From: Neoechinorhynchus agilis
Lineage: Eukaryota > Animalia > Acanthocephala
Assembly: GCA_051530055.1 (NCBI GenBank)
Contig: CM121341.1
Coordinates: 7,666,784-7,730,783 of the forward strand
Direction: 5' to 3'
DNA length: 64,000 nucleotides
Shown here piece after piece: positions 59,419 through 64,000 of this stretch. A program made the translations under genes and the position numbers. Below the pieces are notes generated by a model. It had not been told where the DNA came from. It saw nothing but the letters and a program-made list of their open reading frames with translations, and ran no database searches. How positions within the stretch are numbered: the stretch's first letter is position 1; every line of letters starts with the position of its first letter.

Positions 59419-60780
59419 AACCTATTTCTGAATCAAACACATCGCTAACTGAAACTATAATGAATAATTTCGTTACACTTTTTTGAAAGTATCGCTGTCA
59501 GGTGTCCAGGAAATGGAATTTTAAAGGTGTGGAAGCGGTCTATAAAATTCATTTATAAAAGTTTGTTTTACTTTTAGATCAAAATTCCTCTCAGCCTTTC
59601 CCTCCACTCCTTTTTCCCCATACTTCCCAATCTTCTCGAATATCATAAACTGAAATCTCTCCTACACCCACCCGACCAGACTCGTAATCCACTCCAAAAT
59701 CAATAACCGCATTGATTTATCCTTTCTGAACTCGAGTTCGGGGTTCAGAAGATGCTTCCATTGCTAGAGGACTTTAATGGAACATTTGAGATTTGAGGTC
59801 ACCAAATGATCGAAACCCAGACCTTCCACTGATGAAATCAGCGCTATGGACTCAAATTGCTCTAACGTTTTCAATTTACGGTCTTAAAGTGTTTCGTTAT
59901 AATGGCGAAATTCATTTATTTCGAAGATCTGATGTTACCGATGGCGATTGGGAAAATGTGTAGTCATCAAAACAACTTTATCGACTTCAGTGAGTGATAA
60001 AAAGAAATATCGATAAAATCAGTCACTCAACGAACTTAAGGTAAAGAGAAAATTGTTGAAATCTTCAAGTACATTCGTGACCAAGAGACTTTACAATCTG
60101 CTTCACTTTTAAAAATGTCTCAAGATTAACACGTAAAAGAAAATGGATTATAGAAATATGGAAACCTTTTGATAAAATAGACTGATAACGAACGAAGAAT
60201 GTCAATAAGCCCAGTGGCTATCGAGGAAAAAGCTTTGTGACCAAATTTCGTCAACGTATAAAGGTTGTAAGGTGAATTTAAGGTAACCCGAAATCCCGCA
60301 AATGATCCCCTTTTGCCTTATTTTTGAACATCCGTTTCATTCTCTATTTTAATAACTAATTGTTTATCGCTCGAAGAATATCCTAATATTTTGGAATCTT
60401 ATTCGGGTCGATTGTCCACAAACTCAAAAAAAGTCCATACGCAAATTCACAATTGCAACGTTTTATTTAGAAAAAAAGCTATTTCATTCAAAAGAAGCTT
60501 CAAATTTTTCACATTTTCTTAAAAAATGGATATTCCTTCTTCTTTTATATCAAATGTAAGGTTTATGCGAATCAATGGCAAGCGACATACCTTTTTGTTA
60601 AGGAAGTTTAAACGCTTAGTTGGTTCAATTGCCTGTAAATGTACTTTAGTCTTAATAAAAAGCAATCAGAAGTTGTTTAGAACGAATGGCAAACCTCAAC
60701 AGAACGAGGATCTGTCAAATTGGGATTTTGGTATCGTTTTAGATTTTTGTATTTGGAATAGTTCCATATTTCAAGGTTTT

Positions 60781-61524
60781 TTAAATTCTCAACCTTTTTA
60801 AAAGCGAACATAACGCAAAGACGGCGAAAACATTTCTTACTTCATTAAGCAATTTATTGAAATCATTGCCTTCCTCCTTCGTAGACGTGCATAAATCCAC
60901 TTTAGAGTAAACTTTAGAGCAAAGGTTCTTTGAACGAAATATATTAGTTTTATTGATGCCTTCAAATACCTCATCGATGATTTGTCTCAACTTATCTTCC
61001 TCGATCGGTTCGTCTCGAACTAATTTTTCACTTTGTTCGACCTCGAATACCTTCATTTCTTGAAGCATTTCGTCTATTGGCAGCTCGATCAATTCCATGG
61101 TCCTATGAATTCTATTAATGTTCTCCAGGCCTTTTTGAAGGTAATTGTAGTAAGGAATTGTGGATAACTATTTAAAGATTTATCGAAAGTTGTCTTTCAA
61201 TTATTTTTACCGATTGTTCACGTTCGACTTCACCCAGTGCATCTTCAGCTTCGTCAATAAATTTTGGTTCGTCGATCTCTTTATAAAATTCAATTGTTTC
61301 CCTTGACCTAAAAAAATGGGCAAACTTGGTCAAAATCGTTAGTATTTTAAGCGAGAGAGAGAGCATAAAACTTTTGCCTTTAAAAAAACAGACATTTGTT
61401 GGTATTCATCCTTATCCTCTTTTTCTATCTCTTCTATGTATTTCAACGCTTCAAGCAATCGTTCTCGGTTGCATTTAGTTCCTGAAATTAGTCCTTGCAA
61501 TGTTTTTTTATCCATATTGTTCAC
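60781..61524 (-). CDS. Hypothetical acidic helical protein; three ORF pieces joined by hairpin introns at 61316-61380 and 61138-61207 (ends uncertain)
   Basis: Both introns have inverted ends and fall on codon boundaries: SVFL|FFRSRE and EQSV|QKGLEN. Confidence 0.65.
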
Positions 61525-61645
61525 GAGGGTGCTAATATCACATTTTCAAACGATTACCATGGTTTCATTTTCAAAGCAAATGCGATCGAAAACCTCATTT
61601 ATTTAAAACCAAAAAAATCAACAATTGTTTACAACCTCTCCGTTT

Positions 61646-61830
61646 CTATTCATCGGCGGTGGCCAAAATGATGGCCGCATTGCCCCGTTGCACCGCAATG
61701 CTTATTTTTTGAGCTAGGAACGAAGTCGATCTTGGCTCTCCAGTCGCCGCGTTGATTCGTTTCCCCAAGTCTTTCACGAGGGCCAGAGAACAAAAACAAT
61801 TTTCTAAAATGATAACGGGAAAGATTAAAA
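61646..61830 (-). mobile_element. 3' end of an RLE (CRE/NeSL-like) non-LTR retrotransposon
   Basis: LVKDLGKRINAATGEPRSTSFLAQKISIAVQRGNAA is the typical C-terminus of this family. Confidence 0.85.
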
Positions 61831-63145
61831 GGCTTCGAGCCCATGGATTTAAAATTAAATTCTGAACACCCATTTTATTATTAAAAAAAGCGGCCCGTTT
61901 CATCTCTATTTAAATCGATTTTCAGACCCATACGGAAAATCAATAACAATTTTTAAGAAGGTTTGTTTTGTTGTTATTCTTATGGCATTCCAACGAAAAA
62001 CGAGGATATTATTTTTAAAGACAAAAAATCCACATTCTAGAGCAGTGTTCTCATTGTTCTTTAAATTTATTCTCGCTATAATAAAAAAATCATTTTATTG
62101 TTCGCGAAATATTTCGACTTATCAATCATTGCGTTAAAGTGTTTGGGATTATCTTCAAAAAACAAGTTAAAATTTGCCATCCCGATGGATTTTTTATTTC
62201 ATTTTCTCCGTCACTATTTACTCGAATTTTCAAATTATGAATTGAAGACTGGCCAGCCGCTGATAATTTTCATTGGACAAAAGCCGCAAAATCGGTTGAT
62301 CTTTAAAATTGCATTTGATAGGAACTTCATTCGCTTCTTTTTCCCGATATTGATTCACTGCGGCGATCAATATAGAGTACAAAACGCCAATTTAGGAAAC
62401 TTTCTCGACTCTACACACTAAACGCTGCTTAAAAAATCATTGTATTTAATAAGTCGTTTTATGTGTTTTTCTATTTCAGTAAAGAAAACGATGCGTAAAA
62501 AAAGGTTTTACCATCTTTTAATGCAATGGAAAATCAGGACATAGCGATTATTTCTATAGTTTGAATGTCAACTTTCTGCACCAACAGAATCTAAAATTAA
62601 ATTCTAAAAAACATGCGGTCATTCCAGGCAATTTATTAATCCGTGATTTTCAGTCGCCGATAGCTTGAATTTGAAATTTTGAGATAAAAAATTTATTTTT
62701 TCCCATGGGTCTATGAGAAGATTGCTCTCGTTTAAATTATTTTCTATGTTGCGACTTTAAAAATTTATATGGCGGTGGGGAAAAAATTATATCAAAGAAT
62801 GACTTTAATTAAAATATTTCGTCTCTAAAAAGGAATTAGGGAAAAATCGGTCTCCTCTTTGTGGTGTGCAAATTAGAATTATAAAATTAATTCGGTCTTG
62901 TCGTTATCGAAATCAATTAAGAACACTATCGTTGAATCTCACGTATATTTTTCAAGATTTTCATTTATTCCTTATTTTAAAATGTACCTTTATCTTTATT
63001 AATGCAAACCGCCCCAGCGTATTTATTCCTTTGATAAAAAGGAATTCTACAATTTTAGAAATAAGTTTCAACGCGAATGTAAAATGTTGAAGAAGGAACC
63101 AAGGCAAAAAGGAAAAGCTCCAATGTCAATCGCAGGCTAAATGAA

Positions 63146-63488
63146 ATGCCCGGGCAAAACAGTGAATTTAACACACAAATCAAGATGCTGAGATTGAACA
63201 CGAAGAGAATTGAAAATGATTTGGAGGAAAACACACAAAAAGTGCTCAGATCAGATTTCGAGGATTACAGAGTTAACAAAACAGAATGCGAACTTGAAGG
63301 AAGGAAAGATAAGACGCAATATCCAAATTTGGATTTCTATTAATGACCCAAATGATTGCCACAAAATAATGGAGGACATTTGCTCCCAAATTGAAAACTC
63401 CGTGAATGAACAAAACAAACGGGAAGATTTTAAAATTGATTGGAAAAAAACGGAGCGAAATGAAAAAGTTGTTAGAGAATCGCTTTAA
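63146..63488 (+). CDS. Possible coiled-coil protein in two frames; structure unresolved
   Basis: Overlapping E/K-rich ORFs 63146..63343 and 63210..63488. Confidence 0.3.
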
Positions 63489-64000
63489 GATGGCAATTAA
63501 ACCAATGGATTAAATATTAAGATGCGTTTCCTTAATTTTAAGCTTTTTCGGCTACGGACTGTCAACGTTTTCTGTGAATTTTTCCTTCAAATGTGTACAA
63601 GATTGAACCCGACAGCGACCAAATAACATTAATTTGTCGTTTATGGCCATTGTTTTTCGATGGAGACAAAGACAGGAAAACAACAATTAACAATATCCTT
63701 GCAAGTGAAGATGAAAACTCATACGATAAAAATTGCCCTTACTCATCCTTGTCGGTCTGATTGCTACTATTCAGAACAGCGAAAATGACCAATCCATTGA
63801 GCTAGAGAAACAAAAGGAAACAAAGAAGGAAACTGAGCATTCAAATGGCAAAGAAAAGCCTATGAAAGTCCCGATGCCTTGATGGGCATCGAACGTATTG
63901 AAAACTCAGAAAATCCGCAAGGAAAATATGAATCTGATGACGAGCCTTTCGGTTGGAACAAGCATATAAAAGAAGCTTCGATAAATGCAAACGGAAACGA

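Noticed and set aside
59500-60780. Possible further exons of the 60781-61524 gene and several short hairpins
   Set aside because: I could not build a stop-free spliced frame by eye.
11845-61380. Sequencing indels as the cause of frame breaks
   Set aside because: Single-base errors would not produce inserted segments with paired ends at each break, although indel noise is plausible inside the arrays.

Overview
AT-rich animal genomic DNA (tRNA-Lys-CTT of animal type, furin/PC-type convertase, ACF1/BAZ1-like gene, TALE homeobox, Penelope/CR1/RTE/Helitron remnants). The taxon cannot be fixed from the sequence. About 15 protein genes lie here (DIS3, BAZ1/ACF1-like, convertase, beta-mannosidase, NABP/SOSS-B-like, TALE homeobox, TFIIB-like, EF1A-family GTPase, PRP19, VPS52 and several unknowns), plus one tRNA, a TE-remnant block (about 15.6-25.1 kb) and about 11 mutually unrelated tandem arrays. 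Main discovery: every intron I could place by protein homology is best modelled as non-canonical. These roughly 15-20 introns (44-1800 nt) lack usable GT-AG ends, best fit A...T ends (mostly A[ACGT]...AT), and each has its own imperfect terminal inverted repeat that would fold the two splice sites together. The rule also explains an in-frame 54-nt insertion in TFIIB and restores frame in an unknown gene. All analysis was by eye. Exact junctions can slide by a few nt and need cDNA confirmation. Homologue alignments are from memory.
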